This document shows, piece after piece, positions 38,960-49,554 of a stretch of 64,000 nt of DNA. Numbering within the stretch: the first letter of the stretch is position 1; each line of letters opens with the position of its first letter. Location: positions 3,308 through 67,307 of the forward strand of contig JALGZK010000017.1 of assembly GCA_025774935.1 (NCBI GenBank), written 5' to 3'. The position numbers were made by a program, and so were the translations under genes. The stretch is from a bacterium. Lineage in GTDB: Bacteria; Joyebacterota; Joyebacteria; Joyebacterales; Joyebacteraceae. The notes beneath the pieces are model-generated. The model saw only the letters and a list, made by a program, of their open reading frames with translations. It had not been told where the DNA came from and searched no databases.

Positions 38960-40486
38960 CTACTTGAGGTGGAGCTGCCAGCCTCCCCACGTCCTCCGCT
39001 CGGGCGGCTGCCGCCAGCCGCCTCGCGATGTGCCGGCCCCCGCTCCGACTGCGAGCGGCTGCGCCTCCTCTCGCTCCGCGTCGCGCACGAGCGCTGCGGC
39101 CACGGCCGCGACCTCGGGAAGCGGGAGCGTCCTGCCCGTGTACGTCGGGAAGAAGACCTCGTCGACGTACGACGTGTCGAAGTCTCCGCTCCGGAAGGCC
39201 TCGCTCTCCATCACGGCCTTGTGGAACGGGATCGTCGTCTTGATGCCCTCGATGTTGTACTCGGAGAGGGCGCGCCGCATCCTCTCGATCGCCTGGTCTC
39301 TCGTGGGCGCCCACGCCAGGAGCTTGGAGACGAGCGGGTCGTAGTAGATCGGCACGTCGAACCCGGCGTGGATGCCGCTCTCGACCCGGACGCCGGGGCC
39401 CGCGGGCTCCCTCATCCGCTCGATGAGACCGGTCGAAGGGAAGAAGTTGTTCTCGGGATCCTCGGCGCAGATCCGGCACTCGATCGCGGAGCCTCTGTGG
39501 AAGACGTCGAGCTGGCGGAACGAGAGCTCCTCGCCCGCCGCCACGCGGAGCTGCTCCCTGACGAGGTCGATGCCCGTCACGAGCTCCGTCACCGGGTGCT
39601 CGACCTGGAGCCGCGCGTTCACCTCCAGGAAGTAGAACTCGCGGTTCGCGTCGAGCAGGAACTCGATCGTTCCGGCGTTGACGTACCCCGAGGCCTTCGC
39701 CGCCTTGACCGCCGCCTCCCCCATCTTCGCTCGGAGGCTCTTCGTGAGCGCGGTCGACGGCGACTCTTCCACGAGCTTCTGGTGGCGCCTCTGGATCGAG
39801 CACTCGCGCTCGCCCAGGTGCACGACATTCCCGTGGCTGTCGGCGATGATCTGAAACTCGACGTGGCGAGGTTTCTCGATGAGCTTCTCGAGGTAGATGC
39901 GGTCGTCGGCGAACGCACTCCCGGCCTCCGAGCGGGCCGCCCTCGCGGCGGCCGCGAGCTCGTCCTTCGAGAATATGGCGCGCATCCCCTTGCCGCCGCC
40001 GCCCGCCGCCGCCTTGAGCATGACGGGGAACCCGATCCGCTCCGCCTCGGCCTGGATCTCATCGTCGTCCGAGAGCGGACGGTCGCCGCCCGGCACGACG
40101 GGGATCCCCGCCGCGACCATCGTCTTCCGCGCCTCCATCTTGTCGCCGACGAGCGCGATGGTCCTGCTCGAGGGACCAATGAAGACGACGCCCGCGTCCT
40201 CGCACGCGCGCGCGAATCCGGCGTTCTCCGCGAGGAACCCGTATCCCGGGTGGATGGCCTCGGCGCCTATCTTCTTCGCGTGGTCGACGATCGCGTCGAT
40301 CTTGAGGTAGCTCTCGCCCGGGGCCGGCGGCCCAATGAGGTGGGCCTCGTCCGCCTGGCGGACGTGGCGCGAGGAGCGGTCGGCCTCCGAGTAGATGGCG
40401 GCGGAGGATATCTCGAGCTCCCGTAGCGCACGGATGACCCTGATCGCGATCTCGCCTCGGTTGGCTACCAGCACCTTCTTGAACAT
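38960..40486 (-). CDS. Biotin carboxylase subunit (propionyl-CoA carboxylase alpha)
   Basis: ANRGEIA, HPGYGFLAEN, RLQVEHPVTE. Confidence 0.92.
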   Translation of the reverse strand: MFKKVLVANRGEIAIRVIRALRELEISSAAIYSEADRSSRHVRQADEAHLIGPPAPGESYLKIDAIVDHAKKIGAEAIHPGYGFLAENAGFARACEDAGVVFIGPSSRTIALVGDKMEARKTMVAAGIPVVPGGDRPLSDDDEIQAEAERIGFPVMLKAAAGGGGKGMRAIFSKDELAAAARAARSEAGSAFADDRIYLEKLIEKPRHVEFQIIADSHGNVVHLGERECSIQRRHQKLVEESPSTALTKSLRAKMGEAAVKAAKASGYVNAGTIEFLLDANREFYFLEVNARLQVEHPVTELVTGIDLVREQLRVAAGEELSFRQLDVFHRGSAIECRICAEDPENNFFPSTGLIERMREPAGPGVRVESGIHAGFDVPIYYDPLVSKLLAWAPTRDQAIERMRRALSEYNIEGIKTTIPFHKAVMESEAFRSGDFDTSYVDEVFFPTYTGRTLPLPEVAAVAAALVRDAEREEAQPLAVGAGAGTSRGGWRQPPERRTWGGWQLHLK

Positions 40487-40511
40487 GATGTCGTCCGTGC
40501 CTCCTCGAGGG

Positions 40512-42062
40512 CTAGAGCGGGATGTTCCCGTGCTTCCTGGGCGGGTTCGAGTCTCTCTTGTTCGCGAGCATCCGGAGCGCGTCGATGACGACGGGCCTCG
40601 TGTCGCGCGGCTTGATCACTCGGTCGAGGAACCCCGCGGCCGCCGCGATGTAGGGGCTCGAGAACTTCTCCTTGAACTCGTCGACGAGCTTCTTCCTGAG
40701 CGCTTCGGGATCGTCCGCCGCGCCGAGCTCCTTTCGGAAGAGGACGTTGACGGCGCCCTCCGCGCCCATGACGGCGATCTCCGACGTCGGCCACGCGAGG
40801 TTCACGTCGCCCCTGATGTGCTTGCTGCTCATGACGACGTACGCGCCGCCGTACGCCTTCCTCGTGATGATCGTGATCTTCGGGACGGTCGCCTCGCAGT
40901 ACGCGTAGAGGAGCTTCGCGCCGTGCCTGATGATCCCGCCGAACTCCTGCCCCGTTCCCGGCAGGAATCCCGGCACGTCGGTGAACGTGATGAGCGGGAT
41001 GTTGAACGCGTCGCAGAACCGGACGAACCTCGCGCCCTTGACCGACGAGTCGATGTCGAGGACGCCCGCGAGCGCGGCGGGCTGGTTCGCGATGATCCCG
41101 ACGGGACGGCCGTCCATGCGCGCGAACCCGACGACGATGTTCGGGGCGAAGTCACGGTGCACCTCGAGGAAGTCGCGGTCGTCGACTACCCGCAGAATCA
41201 CGTCCTTCATGTCGTACGGCTTGTTCGGGTTGTCGGGCACGATCTCGTCGAGCTCGGGGTCACGGCGCTCGGGGTCGTCGGTCGGGTCCTTGCTCGGCGG
41301 GTCCTCCGCGTTGTTCGACGGGAGGAACGAGAGGAGCTCCCGGATCTGCGAGAGACAGGCAGCCTCGCTGTCGGAGTTGAAGTGCGCGACGCCGCTCTTC
41401 GTGTTGTGGACCGGCGCCCCGCCGAGCTCCTCGTGCGTCACCTCTTCGTGCATGACCGTCTTGATGACGTCAGGCCCGGTGAGGAACATGTAGCTCGTCT
41501 TGTTCACCATGAAGACGAAGTCGGTGATGGCCGGCGAGTAGACGGCGCCGCCCGCACACGGCCCCATGATCGCCGAGATCTGCGGGACGACGCCCGAGGC
41601 CAGCACGTTCCGGAGGAAGAACTCGGCATACCCGGCGAGGCTCCAGACGCCCTCCTGGATGCGCGCGCCGCCGGAGTCGTTGAGGCCGACGACCGGCGCC
41701 CCGTTCTTCATCGCGAGGTCCATGATCTTGCAGATCTTCTCTCCGTGCGCCATCGAGAGCGAGCCGCCGAACACGGTGAAGTCCTGCGCGAAGACGTAGA
41801 CGAGCCTCCCGTCGACCGTCCCGTACCCCGTCACCACCCCGTCGCCCGGGATCCTCTTCTTCTCCATGTCGAAGTCGGTGCAGCGGTGGGTCACGAACGG
41901 GTCGAGCTCGCGGAAGCTGCCCTCGTCGAGGAGGAGGTCGAGCCGCTCCCTGGCGGTGAGCTTGCCGGCGGCGTGCTGCTTCTCGATGCGCTTCTCACCG
42001 CCGCCCAGCAGGGTCTCCTTCGTTCGCTCTTCGAGCTCCTTCATCTTCTCTTCTATCGACAT
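40512..42062 (-). CDS. pccB: Propionyl-CoA carboxylase / methylmalonyl-CoA carboxyltransferase beta subunit
   Basis: [36 protein letters not shown]. Confidence 0.92.
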   Translation of the reverse strand: MSIEEKMKELEERTKETLLGGGEKRIEKQHAAGKLTARERLDLLLDEGSFRELDPFVTHRCTDFDMEKKRIPGDGVVTGYGTVDGRLVYVFAQDFTVFGGSLSMAHGEKICKIMDLAMKNGAPVVGLNDSGGARIQEGVWSLAGYAEFFLRNVLASGVVPQISAIMGPCAGGAVYSPAITDFVFMVNKTSYMFLTGPDVIKTVMHEEVTHEELGGAPVHNTKSGVAHFNSDSEAACLSQIRELLSFLPSNNAEDPPSKDPTDDPERRDPELDEIVPDNPNKPYDMKDVILRVVDDRDFLEVHRDFAPNIVVGFARMDGRPVGIIANQPAALAGVLDIDSSVKGARFVRFCDAFNIPLITFTDVPGFLPGTGQEFGGIIRHGAKLLYAYCEATVPKITIITRKAYGGAYVVMSSKHIRGDVNLAWPTSEIAVMGAEGAVNVLFRKELGAADDPEALRKKLVDEFKEKFSSPYIAAAAGFLDRVIKPRDTRPVVIDALRMLANKRDSNPPRKHGNIPL

Positions 42063-42096
42063 CGCTACCGGCCCCTTCTCGATTGAGGGAAGAACC

Positions 42097-42981
42097 TCAC
42101 GCGTCGGAGAGGTCCTCGAACGCGTACCTGCCCCTCTCGTCCTTCGTGATGCGGCCGACGTTCCCGTCGACGTCGTGGTCGAGGATGACGATCCAGTCGC
42201 CGGCGACCGCCTGTGCGAGGAGCTTCTCCTTCTGCTCGATGACCTCGAGCGGGAAGGTGTCGACGCCCGCGACGTACGGAACGCGTACGTGGTGCCTCCC
42301 CGGAATGAGGTCGGCCGGGTAGACCGCCGTTCCGTCGGGCGTCTCTATCAGCACCATCGTGTGCCCGGCCGTGTGGCCGCCGGTCCGCACCATCGTGACA
42401 CCGGGGGCGACCTCGTGTCGGTCGCCGACGAGATCGAGCTGCCCCGCCTCCTCGATGGGAACGAAGTCGTCCGTGCGGTACGCGGCTCTGCTCCGGGCGT
42501 CCGGCTCGAGCGCGTCCGCCCACTCCCGCTCGTTCACGTGGTAGCACGCGTTCGGGAACGCGGGCTCGACGCCCCCGGTCCCGTCCCGAGTCGCTCCGGC
42601 GGCGTGGTCCGCGTGGAGGTGCGTGAGGACGACCGTGTCGATGTCCTCGGGCGCGAATCCCATCCGCCGGAGAGCCGTCTCCACGTTTCTGTCGGGGTCG
42701 AACGCGAAAATCCTGAGGTCCTTCTTGGTGTGCCTCGCCCCGAACCCGACGTCGACCAGGATCTTCCTGCCGTCGGTCTCGATGAGGAGCGGCGAGAGCG
42801 AGAGCCTGATGCGGTTCTGGTCGTCGGCCGGGACGAGCGCCTCCCAGATGATCTTGGGGACGGCTCCGAACATCGCGCCGCCGTCGTAGAGGCACTCCCC
42901 CGCGTCGAGGCTCGTGAGCTTCACTCCCCCGAGTGTCACCGTGAGGTCCGTCATGCTCACACCCGTCGCTCCCCCGCTCAT
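42097..42981 (-). CDS. Metallo-beta-lactamase-fold hydrolase (YtnP-like)
   Basis: [28 protein letters not shown]. Confidence 0.88.
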   Translation of the reverse strand: MSGGATGVSMTDLTVTLGGVKLTSLDAGECLYDGGAMFGAVPKIIWEALVPADDQNRIRLSLSPLLIETDGRKILVDVGFGARHTKKDLRIFAFDPDRNVETALRRMGFAPEDIDTVVLTHLHADHAAGATRDGTGGVEPAFPNACYHVNEREWADALEPDARSRAAYRTDDFVPIEEAGQLDLVGDRHEVAPGVTMVRTGGHTAGHTMVLIETPDGTAVYPADLIPGRHHVRVPYVAGVDTFPLEVIEQKEKLLAQAVAGDWIVILDHDVDGNVGRITKDERGRYAFEDLSDA

Positions 42982-44129
42982 CCCCTGAGCTCCCAGCCGG
43001 CCACCACGAGCTTCTGGATCTCGGAGGTCCCCTCGATGATCTCGGTCACGCGCGCGTCGCGGAAGTAGCGCTCGACGGGGTGGAGATCCGCGACGACGCC
43101 CGAGCCGCCGTGAACCTGCACGGCCTTCGACGCTACGAACGAGGCGGTCTCAGACGCGAAGAGCTTCGCCTGCGCTGCGATCTCGCCGTACGGGGCTCCT
43201 TCGTCCATGGTCGCCGCCGCCTGGTATGTGAGCGCGCGGGCGGCTTCGAGCCGCGTGGCCATCTCCGCGATCATGAGCTGGACCGCCTGGAACTTCGCGA
43301 TGGGGCGCCCGCCCGTCACGCGGGAGAGCGCGTAGGCCTTCGACGCCTCGAGCGCGGCCTGACCGATACCGACGGCCATGGCTGCGGCTCCGATCCTGCC
43401 GCCGTCGAGGACCCCGAGCGCCATCCTCATGCCCTTCCCGCGCTTGCCGATCACGTGCGCCGCGGGGATGCGCATGCCGTCGAAGACGAGCTTCCCCACC
43501 GGCGCGGCCTTCAGACCGATCTTGATTCCTGCGCTCTCGGGCGCGAACCCATCCGCGTGCTCCGCCTCGACGAGGAGCGCGCTCATCTCGTCGCGCTTCG
43601 TGACCTTCCCGTCCTTCTCGACCGCGGTCTCGCCCGTGATCGCGAAGAGGACGATGACGTCGGCGATGGGGCCGTTCGTGATGTACATCTTCGTGCCGGT
43701 GGCGACGAAGTGGTCGCCTTCCTCAGGCGCGCGCGTGGGCGTCGTCGGGTCGAGCTCGGTGAGCGCGAACGCGCCGAGCTTCTTCTTCGCGAGCTCCGGA
43801 AGGACGTGCGCCTTTATCTCGTCGGACGCGTGCTCCGCGAGGAGCGCGACGCAGAGTGAGCTGTGGATGGACATCACGAGCGCCGTGCTCGCGTCGCAGC
43901 GCGCGAGCTCCTCGACAGCGGTCACGTACTCGAGCGCGCTCGCCCCTCGCCCGCCGAACTCCGTCGGCGCGAGGAGCCCCATCATCCCGGCTTCGAACAT
44001 CGCGTCGAGCGCCGCCCGGTCGTACCTCCCGACCTTGTCCATGCCCGCCGCGCGCGGAGCGATCTCCCGCTCTGCGAACTCCCGCGCCCACGCGCGGATC
44101 TCGCGCTGCTTCTCGCTCAGATCGAACAT
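42978..44129 (-). CDS. Acyl-CoA dehydrogenase, divergent
   Basis: GTKMYITNG, LDGGRIG, RYFRDAR.TEIIEGTSEIQ; lacks the TEP..GSD segment. Confidence 0.88.
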   Translation of the reverse strand: MFDLSEKQREIRAWAREFAEREIAPRAAGMDKVGRYDRAALDAMFEAGMMGLLAPTEFGGRGASALEYVTAVEELARCDASTALVMSIHSSLCVALLAEHASDEIKAHVLPELAKKKLGAFALTELDPTTPTRAPEEGDHFVATGTKMYITNGPIADVIVLFAITGETAVEKDGKVTKRDEMSALLVEAEHADGFAPESAGIKIGLKAAPVGKLVFDGMRIPAAHVIGKRGKGMRMALGVLDGGRIGAAAMAVGIGQAALEASKAYALSRVTGGRPIAKFQAVQLMIAEMATRLEAARALTYQAAATMDEGAPYGEIAAQAKLFASETASFVASKAVQVHGGSGVVADLHPVERYFRDARVTEIIEGTSEIQKLVVAGWELRG

Positions 44130-44169
44130 CGTGTCCTCGTCCGGCGCGGTCCGGGCGGCCCGTCCGATG

Positions 44170-44577
44170 CTACGCGCCGCGCTTCTGCGCGACCGCTTCC
44201 TTGATGTACGTGACGATGTCGCGCGTGTCGGTGCCCGGGCCGAAGAGCCGGTCGACGCCCATGCCGACGAGCTTCTCCATGTCCTCGTCGGGGATGATCC
44301 CCCCGCCCGTCACGATCACGTCGTCGGCGCCCTTCTCCTTCAGGAGCTCGAGCACCCGCGGGAACATCGTCATGTGCGCGCCCGAGAGGATGCTCATCGC
44401 GACGACGTCCACGTCCTCCTGGACTGCCGCGTTGACGATCATCTCGGGGGTCTGGTGGAGGCCGGTGTAGATGACCTCCAGCCCGCCGTCCCGGAGAGCG
44501 CTCGCCACGACCTTCGCGCCGCGGTCGTGGCCGTCGAGCCCGGGCTTGGCGACCAGTACTCGGATTCTCTGTGGCAT
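44170..44577 (-). CDS. Cobalamin-binding small subunit of acyl-CoA mutase
   Basis: [25 protein letters not shown]. Confidence 0.95.
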   Translation of the reverse strand: MPQRIRVLVAKPGLDGHDRGAKVVASALRDGGLEVIYTGLHQTPEMIVNAAVQEDVDVVAMSILSGAHMTMFPRVLELLKEKGADDVIVTGGGIIPDEDMEKLVGMGVDRLFGPGTDTRDIVTYIKEAVAQKRGA

Positions 44578-44608
44578 CGTTGGTGCTTCCTCCGCTCGTC
44601 TCTCCCGC

Positions 44609-46042
44609 CTAGTTCGGCGGCTCGTAGGGATCGGGAGTACCGGGCCGGATGGGTGGTTCCTTCTGGAGCGACATAACGTGGTCCGTAAGGAGTTGCCCCG
44701 CCGGCCAGCGGATCCAGCCCGCCCTGATCCACTGCGGATCGAGCGGGTTCTCTTCCTTCGGGTCGGTGTGGAGATCGTAGACGAGAGGCACCGGATACTC
44801 TTTGAGGGGCTCGCCCCACGCACGGTCGAGCTCCTTGAAGACCATTTTCCAGTTCCGCCACTTCACGCCGAAGATTTCGCTCCCGACGTAGACGATGACG
44901 CCCTCGCGGTTCGACTTCTCGTGACCACCCGTGAAGAAGTCGAGCTGGTCGATGCTGTCGATGACGCGGTCGTCGGGCACGTCGCCTCCGACCGCACTGG
45001 CAAACGTCGCGAAGAGGTCCACCTCGTGGACGATCTCGTTACTGACGAGCCCCTCGGGAACGTTCCCGGGCCACCGCATGAGGAACGGCACCCGAAGCGA
45101 GCCCTCGTAGCCTGTGAAGTAGGTGCTCCGCCACGGCCCGCTGAACCCGTGCCACGGCACCTGCGCGTCGGGCCCGTTGTCGGCGGTGAAGATGAAGATC
45201 GTCTCGTCCCGGATGCCGAGCCGGTCGACCTCGTCGAGGAGCATGCCGACGTAGACGTCGAGCTGTGCAAGAACATCGGCGAAGTCGCCGTTCCCCGTCT
45301 TCCCCGCGAAGTCCGGGTGCGGCGTGAACGGCATGTGCGTCTGCGTGTAGGGCAGGTAGAGGAAGAACGGTCTCTCGGCTTCGACCTGGCGCCGCATGAA
45401 GTCGATCGACAGCTCGGTCAGCTCGCCGTCGATGAGGGCGCGCTCCTCGAGGTCGTATACGCGGAGGTTCGCGGGCTCCTCGCCCCTCACGCCTTCCATG
45501 ATGTGCTCGGGATGCGCGAACGGATGTGAGTCGGGCCTGAAGCGGCTGTCGTTGGGCCAGAACGCCTCGTCCGAGGAGTTCGGGATCCCGTACCACTCGT
45601 CGAACCCCTGGTCCGTGGGGTATCTCCCCTCCGTGTGACCGAGGTGCCACTTGCCGAACATGCCGGTCGCGTAGCCCGCGTCCGAGAGCATCTCGGCCAT
45701 CGTGTACTCCCACTGCGTGAGGCCGTAGATCGGCGACTCGATCGGGATTGACGCGTTCCCCGTGCGGATGGCGTAGCGCCCCGTGAGGATCGCGGCCCTG
45801 CTTGGCGTGCACTGGGCTTCCACGTTGAAGTTCGTGAGCCGGATGCCCTCCGACGCGAGCTTGTCGAGCCGGGGCGTCGGCGCCCCGCGGATGATCCCGC
45901 CGCCATAGCAGCCGAGCTCCCCATACCCGAAGTTGTCCATGAAGATGAGGACGATGTTCGGCTTGGACGCGGCCTGCGCGGCCGCGGGCTTGAGCGCGAA
46001 CGTCGCGGCTAGAAGCCCGAAGACGGCCATGAGGAACTTCAT
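44609..46042 (-). CDS. Secreted arylsulfatase (Cys-type, formylglycine-dependent)
   Basis: Signal peptide; [15 protein letters not shown] (CxPxR); GKWHLG; ADNG. Confidence 0.93.
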   Translation of the reverse strand: MKFLMAVFGLLAATFALKPAAAQAASKPNIVLIFMDNFGYGELGCYGGGIIRGAPTPRLDKLASEGIRLTNFNVEAQCTPSRAAILTGRYAIRTGNASIPIESPIYGLTQWEYTMAEMLSDAGYATGMFGKWHLGHTEGRYPTDQGFDEWYGIPNSSDEAFWPNDSRFRPDSHPFAHPEHIMEGVRGEEPANLRVYDLEERALIDGELTELSIDFMRRQVEAERPFFLYLPYTQTHMPFTPHPDFAGKTGNGDFADVLAQLDVYVGMLLDEVDRLGIRDETIFIFTADNGPDAQVPWHGFSGPWRSTYFTGYEGSLRVPFLMRWPGNVPEGLVSNEIVHEVDLFATFASAVGGDVPDDRVIDSIDQLDFFTGGHEKSNREGVIVYVGSEIFGVKWRNWKMVFKELDRAWGEPLKEYPVPLVYDLHTDPKEENPLDPQWIRAGWIRWPAGQLLTDHVMSLQKEPPIRPGTPDPYEPPN

Positions 46043-46054
46043 CGTCTCCCCCTT

Positions 46055-47728
46055 TCACCCGTTGGGGTGAGGCAGGACCTCCCGGAGGACCCCGATCATC
46101 TCCCCGATCGTGGCGTACACCCGGGAGCACTGAACGAAGTGTGGCATCAGGTTGTCGGTGCCCTCGGCCGCGGCGCGGAGTCCCGCGAGGGCTTTCGTGA
46201 CCGCTGCGTCGTCGCGCTCCGTCCTCACCTGTGCGAGCACCTCCCGCTGCCGCTCCGCAACGTCCGCGCCGATCTTCAGGAGCTCGATCTTGATCTCCTC
46301 GCCCTCGTCGACGTGTTCGTTCACGCCGACGATTACCTGGCGGTTCTCCTCGATCGCTCGCTGGTACCGGAACGCGGCCTTCGCGATGTCGCGCTGGAAG
46401 AACCCCTTCTCGATCGCCGGGATGACGCCGCCGAGCTTCTCGATCTTGTCGAAGTAGTCGCGGCAGCCTTCCTCCATCCTGTTCGTGAGCGCCTCGACGT
46501 AGTACGACCCGCCGAGGGGGTCGATCACGTTCGGGACGCCGGACTCGTGCGCGATGACCTGCTGGGTCCGGAGGGCTACGTGCACGGCCTCTTCGGAAGG
46601 GAGCGCGAGCGACTCGTCCATCGAGTTCGTGTGGAGGCTCTGCGTTCCGCCCATCACGGCGGCCAGCGCCTCGAGCGCGGTCCGGACGACGTTGTTGAAC
46701 GGCTGCTGCGCTGTAAGGCTGCAGCCCGCCGTCTGCGTGTGGAACCGCATGAGCCACGACCGGGGGTCCTTCGCCCCGTACTTCTCCTTCATGTCGGTCG
46801 CCCAGATCCGTCTCGCGGCGCGGAACTTCGCGACCTCCTCGAAGAAATCCATGTGCGAGTTGAAGAAGAACGAGAGTCTCGGCGCGAACTCGTCGACGTC
46901 CATCCCGGCCGCGATGCCGGCCTCGACGTAGGCGAACCCGTCGGCGAGCGTGAACGCGAGCTCCTGGAGCGCGGTCGAGCCCGCCTCGCGGATGTGGTAG
47001 CCGCTGATCGATATCGTGTTCCACTGCGGGACGTCGGTCGCGCAGTACTGCATGATGTCGGTGATGATCCGCATCGAGGGCTCGGGCGGGAAGATCCAGC
47101 TCTTCTGCGCGATGTACTCCTTGAGGAGGTCGTTCTGGATCGTGCCGCGCAGCTTCTTCGAGTCGACGCCCTGTTTCTCCCCCACGCAGATGTACATGGC
47201 GAGGAGCACGGCCGCGGGAGCATTGATCGTCATCGACGTCGAGACCTTGTCGAGCGGAATCCCGTCGAAGAGGGTCTCCATGTCGCGGAGCGAATCGATC
47301 GCGACGCCGCACACGCCCACCTCGCCCTCCGCCCGTTCGTGGTCGGAGTCGTAGCCCATGATCGTCGCGAGATCGAAGGCGACCGAGAGCCCGGTCTGCC
47401 CGTGCTCGAGCAGGAACTTGTACCGTCTGTTCGAGTCCTCGGGCGTTCCGAACCCCGAGAACTGCCGCATCGTCCAGAGGCGGCCGCGGTACATGTTGTG
47501 GCGGACCCCCCGCGTGTACGGGTACTCGCCGGGGAACCCGAGGTCGTTCAGGTAGTCGAGATCCGCGACGTCGTCAGGTGTGTAGAGGAGGTCGACCTCC
47601 TCGCCGGAGACCGACGTGAACTCGGCGTCGCGCTGGCGGGACGACTCGGTGGCGTTCCCCTCCCAGGCCTTCCTCGCACCAGCGACATCGCCGGTTCCGC
47701 TCTTCTTCGTGGTGTCAACGTCCGCCAT
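46055..47728 (-). CDS. icmA: Isobutyryl-CoA mutase-type large subunit
   Basis: [10 protein letters not shown] (Phe) and [11 protein letters not shown] (Gln), the ICM-type residues; atypical C-terminus. Confidence 0.85.
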   Translation of the reverse strand: MADVDTTKKSGTGDVAGARKAWEGNATESSRQRDAEFTSVSGEEVDLLYTPDDVADLDYLNDLGFPGEYPYTRGVRHNMYRGRLWTMRQFSGFGTPEDSNRRYKFLLEHGQTGLSVAFDLATIMGYDSDHERAEGEVGVCGVAIDSLRDMETLFDGIPLDKVSTSMTINAPAAVLLAMYICVGEKQGVDSKKLRGTIQNDLLKEYIAQKSWIFPPEPSMRIITDIMQYCATDVPQWNTISISGYHIREAGSTALQELAFTLADGFAYVEAGIAAGMDVDEFAPRLSFFFNSHMDFFEEVAKFRAARRIWATDMKEKYGAKDPRSWLMRFHTQTAGCSLTAQQPFNNVVRTALEALAAVMGGTQSLHTNSMDESLALPSEEAVHVALRTQQVIAHESGVPNVIDPLGGSYYVEALTNRMEEGCRDYFDKIEKLGGVIPAIEKGFFQRDIAKAAFRYQRAIEENRQVIVGVNEHVDEGEEIKIELLKIGADVAERQREVLAQVRTERDDAAVTKALAGLRAAAEGTDNLMPHFVQCSRVYATIGEMIGVLREVLPHPNG

Positions 47729-49487
47729 CGCTGCCTCCCATGAGAGCGACGACCTGGGCCAGGAGCTGGTCAGACGAGAAGTGCGCCATCGAGATCGTGC
47801 CCGAAGGACACGCCGCCGCGCACGTGCCGCAGCCCTTGCAGAGCGCCTCGTTGCAGCTCGACACGTCCTTCTCCTCGTCGAGCGTGAGAGCGCCGTAAGG
47901 GCAGACGGAGATGCAGATCCTGCAGCCTGCGCAGAGGTCCTCGTCGATCGAGCACGAGAGAGCCTCGACCGTGACCGTGCCCTTCGACATCGGGATGATC
48001 GCCGAGGACGCTGCGGCCTTCGCCTGGGCGACCGTGTCGGGGATGTCCTTCGGCCCCTGGCAGCAGCCGGCGAGGTAGATGCCCTCGCTCGCGGTGTCGA
48101 CGGGACGGAGTTTCGGGTGGGCCTCCATGAGGAAGTTGTCCTGGGAGCAGCAGAGCTTGAGCGCGTTCGCGAGGCGTCCGGTGCCCTCGCGAGGGACGAG
48201 CCCCGCCGCCAGGACGACGAGGTCGGCCTCGACGTCAAGCGGCTCGCCCTCGAGCGTGTCCTCGCCCCGAACGACCAGTCGGTCCTTCCTCTTGTAGATC
48301 TCGGAGACGCTCCCGCGCCGGTAGATGACCCCCTCCTTCCGCACGCGGTCGTAGAACTCCTCGAACCCCTTCCCGAACGCCCGGATGTCCATGTAGAAGA
48401 CCGTCACGTTCGCGTCGGGGATCTTCTCCTTCACGAGGTGCGCCTGCTTCGCAGTGAACATGCAGCAGACGCGCGAGCAGTACTCGTTCCCCACGGTCTC
48501 GTCGCGCGAGCCCACGCACTGGATGAACACGACGTCCTTGGGCTTCTTCCCCGCGATCACGATCTCTCCTGTCGTCGGACCCGACGCCGAGCAGATTCGC
48601 TCCATCTCGAGCCCGGTGATCACGTTCTCGTACGAGGCGTACCCGAGCTCGGGCTTGAGGCAGGGGTCGAACTCGTCGAAGCCCGTCGCGACGACGACCG
48701 TTCCGACCTGAAGCGGCTCCTCCCGCTCCTCCATCTCGTAGTCGATCGCGTCGGGACCACAGACCTTCTCGCACACGCCGCAGGTGCCCAGGGTCTTCTT
48801 CAGGCAGTGCTCGTCGTCGAGCACGGGGACCGCGGGGACCGCCTGCGGGAACGGGAGGTAGATCGACGACCTCGAGACGAGACGGGTGTCGAACTCGGAC
48901 GCGAGCGGCCGGGGCGTGAGGTCGGTGATGAGCCCGAGGTCGATCGCGTCGGTCGGGCAGATGAACTCGCACGCGCCGCAGGCGATGCAGACCTCCGACT
49001 TCTCGGCATACGGCGTGGCGATCGCGCGGTTGTCGCCTCGCCCGCGGAACGCGAGCGCTCCGGCTCCTACGACGTCGCGGCACATGCGGACGCAGAGCCC
49101 GCACATGATGCAGCGGTTGTCGCTCCGGTCCTCGGGCGTCCGGAACGGGGTCCCCTCGATCCCGAGCTTCGCCGCGAGGTCGCGGATCTCGACCGCGTCC
49201 GGCGCTTCGGCGAGCATGAGCTCGACGACGAACCGCCGCGCCTTCCGGACCATCTCGGAGTCGGTCCGGACCTCGCCCTCCCACGCGGGGTAGGTGCACG
49301 CCGGGTGCAGCCTCGACTTCCCCTTCCAGATCGTCTCCACCACGCAGACCCGGCACGCGCCGTACGGGGTGAGCCCCCGGTAGGTGCAGAGCGTCGGGAT
49401 CTCGATCCCGAGCTCGACGGCCGCCTCGAGCACGGTCCGGTTCTGGTCGGCCTCTATCTCGTGTCCGTCGATGATCAGGAGACCCAT
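47715..49487 (-). CDS. Fusion: NuoG/HydA-like N-terminal Fe-S region plus C-terminal half of HdrA
   Basis: IPTLC...GACRVC...C [2Fe-2S], [23 protein letters not shown]; then HdrA motifs [55 protein letters not shown] and a terminal 2x[4Fe-4S] domain. Confidence 0.9.
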   Translation of the reverse strand: MGLLIIDGHEIEADQNRTVLEAAVELGIEIPTLCTYRGLTPYGACRVCVVETIWKGKSRLHPACTYPAWEGEVRTDSEMVRKARRFVVELMLAEAPDAVEIRDLAAKLGIEGTPFRTPEDRSDNRCIMCGLCVRMCRDVVGAGALAFRGRGDNRAIATPYAEKSEVCIACGACEFICPTDAIDLGLITDLTPRPLASEFDTRLVSRSSIYLPFPQAVPAVPVLDDEHCLKKTLGTCGVCEKVCGPDAIDYEMEEREEPLQVGTVVVATGFDEFDPCLKPELGYASYENVITGLEMERICSASGPTTGEIVIAGKKPKDVVFIQCVGSRDETVGNEYCSRVCCMFTAKQAHLVKEKIPDANVTVFYMDIRAFGKGFEEFYDRVRKEGVIYRRGSVSEIYKRKDRLVVRGEDTLEGEPLDVEADLVVLAAGLVPREGTGRLANALKLCCSQDNFLMEAHPKLRPVDTASEGIYLAGCCQGPKDIPDTVAQAKAAASSAIIPMSKGTVTVEALSCSIDEDLCAGCRICISVCPYGALTLDEEKDVSSCNEALCKGCGTCAAACPSGTISMAHFSSDQLLAQVVALMGGSDGGR

Positions 49488-49554
49488 TCCCGGTGTTCCT
49501 CTCGTTCCTTTGGTGTCCATGGCTTCGCGGCGCGGGCGCCCGGCGCCCCCGCCG

